Source: Octopus sinensis (lineage: Eukaryota). From it: DNA of 64,000 nt. Below the pieces are notes generated by a model. The model saw nothing but the letters and a program-made list of their open reading frames with translations. It did not search any database and had not been told where the DNA came from. Where the stretch lies: assembly GCF_006345805.1 (NCBI RefSeq), contig NC_043003.1:88040001-88104000 (forward strand). The letters run 5' to 3'. A program made the translations under genes and the position numbers. This document shows positions 62,201 to 64,000 of the stretch, one piece after another (positions within the stretch are counted from its first letter, which is position 1; each line of letters opens with the position of its first letter).

Positions 62201-63118
62201 ACGAACAGCCATGCTACATGGCAGTGAAACGTGGGCCGTGACTGCTCAGTATATGCGTAAGCTCGCAAGAAATGAAGCTAGTATGCTCCGATGGATGTGT
62301 AATGTCAGTACTCATACTCGGCAGAGTGTAAGTACCTTGAGAGAAAAGCTGGACCTAAGAAGCATCAGTTGTGGTGTGCAAGAGAGACGTTTGCGCTGGT
62401 ATGGGCATGTGGCGAGAATGGATGAAGATAGTTGTGTGAAAAAGTGTCACAACCTAGCGGTTGAGGGAACCTGTGGAAGAGGTGGTGAAGCATGACCTTC
62501 GAACTTTAGGTCTCACTGAGGAAATGACTAGAGACCGAGACCTCTGGAAGTGTGCTGTGCGCGAGAAGACCCGGCAGGACAAGTGAGACCATAACCCGTG
62601 GCCTTCTACATGGGATGGAGCCAGCCTACGTATGCATACCTTCCCTTCTTGGGACACAAAACTCTACTTGTGAAGACCTGTTGAGGCAAGTGAGGATCAG
62701 AATCGAAATCGATCAATGGAAATTGCAGATGAGTTACCAGTGCCGGTGGCATGTAAGAGAACCATCTGTTCGTGACCGTTGCCAGCGCCGCCCCGATTGG
62801 CCTCGTGCCGGTGGCACGTAAAAAGTGCCATCCGTTCGTGTCCGTTGCTAGCCTCGCCTGGCCCCCGTGCCGGTGGCACATAAAAGCCCCATCCGTTCGT
62901 GGGCGTTTGCCAGCTCTGTCTGGCACCTGTGCGGGTGGCACGTAAAAAGCACCCACTACACTCACGGTGTGGTTGGCGTTAGGAAGGGCATCCAGCCGTA
63001 GAAACACTGCCAGATCTGACTGGGCCTGATGAAGCCCTCCGGCTTCACAGACCCAGTTGAACCGTCCAACCCATGCTAGCATGGAAAACAGACGCTAAAC
63101 GATGATGATGATGATGAT
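59299..63118 (+). mobile_element. Near full-length RTE-type LINE (APE endonuclease + RT)
   Basis: EN motifs CMQEIRW, SAYAPQ, GDFNSHVG, QIDYIL, QHRLV; RT motifs KAPGPSG, NYRGIKLL, DMEKAFD, HQGSVLSP, YADD; (GAT)n tail. The 5' edge is approximate. Confidence 0.93.
59505..62590 (+). pseudogene. RTE EN-RT ORF disrupted by three in-frame stops and a 3' deletion
   Basis: Stops at 60339, 61245 and 61692 in one frame; short deletion near 62480. Confidence 0.9.
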
Positions 63119-63167
63119 ATATACACATATATAATGAATATGTATATATATACATATATAATGAATA

Positions 63168-63217
<50 letters not shown>

Positions 63218-63274
63218 TAATATATATATACATATAATATATATATGTATGTGTGTGTATGTGTTTGTGTGTCT

Positions 63275-63366
63275 GCCCGCATAGTTCAGTCAGTAGAGCA
63301 TCAGACTTTTATATATCAACCTTGGGAACAATCTAAGGGTCACGGGTTTGAGTCTCTCTGCAGGTG
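63275..63366 (+). tRNA. tRNA-Lys(TTT)-like gene with a 19-nt insert at the canonical 37/38 intron site; probably a pseudogene
   Basis: GCCCGCA..GTTC AGTCAGTA GAGC A TCAGA CT TTT A [TATATCAACCTTGGGAACA] A TCTAA GGGTC ACGGG TTTGAGT CTCTC TGCAGGT G; mismatches in acceptor, anticodon and T stems. Confidence 0.75.
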
Positions 63367-63384
63367 TGTACCATTTATAGTCGT

Positions 63385-63738
63385 AGGAGTGGCTGTGTGG
63401 TAAGTAGCTTGCTTATGAACCACTTAGTTCCGTGTTCAGTCACACTGCGTGGTGCCTTGGGTAAGTGTCTTCTACTACAGCCTCAGGCCGACCAAAGCCA
63501 TGAGTGGATTTGGTAGACGGAAACTGAAAGAAGCCTGTCGTATATATATATAATGTATGTGTTTGTGTGTCTGCGTTTGTTCCTCCAACATCGCTTGACA
63601 ACTGATGGTTGTTTATGTCCTGTAACTTAGCGGTTCGGCAAAAGAGACCGATAGAATAAGTACTAAGCTTACAAAGAATAAGTCCTGGGGTCGATTTGCT
63701 CGACTAAAGGCAGTCAGTTTACTGATACAAGTAAAAGA
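63385..63738 (+). mobile_element. tRNA-derived SINE (family A)
   Basis: AGGAGTGGCTGTGTGGTAAGTAGCTTG...CGACTAAAGGC...AAGTAAAAGAG. Confidence 0.88.
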
Positions 63739-64000
63739 GAAAAATAAAAGAGAAAGAGAAATATAATATATAGATATATATGTAGTTCGTATTTGTATCT
63801 GGTTTTGAAAGAAATACTATTGAACTTTGGGAGCAGCATTATGCTGGTAATAATAAACAGATGCACTAGTTCAGTCCTTTATTGTTAGTGTTAGTTAATG
63901 GGTTAGCTACTCCGTTAACCAATTTGTCGATTAGTTGCTTTTTTTACTAGTTTTTACTCATATGTTAAATACTTTGTTCAAACAGTTAATCATGCAAATG

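Overview
Eukaryotic, AT-rich, repeat-saturated window with no long intact host ORF. The combination of (AT)n tracts, RTE LINEs with (GAT)n tails and tRNA-headed SINEs suggests a cephalopod (octopus-like) genome; this is inference, not a database result. Content: about 13 copies or fragments of one RTE-type LINE family (one near full length, 59299-63118); a complete 3.9-kb Ty3/Gypsy-type LTR element with a 5-bp TSD nested in an RTE; fragments of HERO-like, Penelope-like, L1/Tx1-like ORF1, mariner, hAT MITE and Helitron-like elements; and two SINE families. Host-gene traces are a terminal W2-domain exon (43914-43970, minus strand) and a candidate promoter with first exons near 15.5-16.3 kb. The most notable items are: hammerhead-ribozyme-like motifs in four unrelated repeat types, including a tRNA-headed SINE; a 485-bp satellite with alternating variants and a terminal inversion; repeated fold-back inversions next to (AT)n tracts; an intron-containing tRNA-Lys(TTT)-like gene; a PHD-like finger inside the RTE reverse transcriptase; and an LTR element lacking a tRNA primer site. 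Most short ORFs in the supplied track are microsatellite or antisense artefacts. Coordinates were counted by eye and may be off by a few bases; diffuse repeat edges are less precise.
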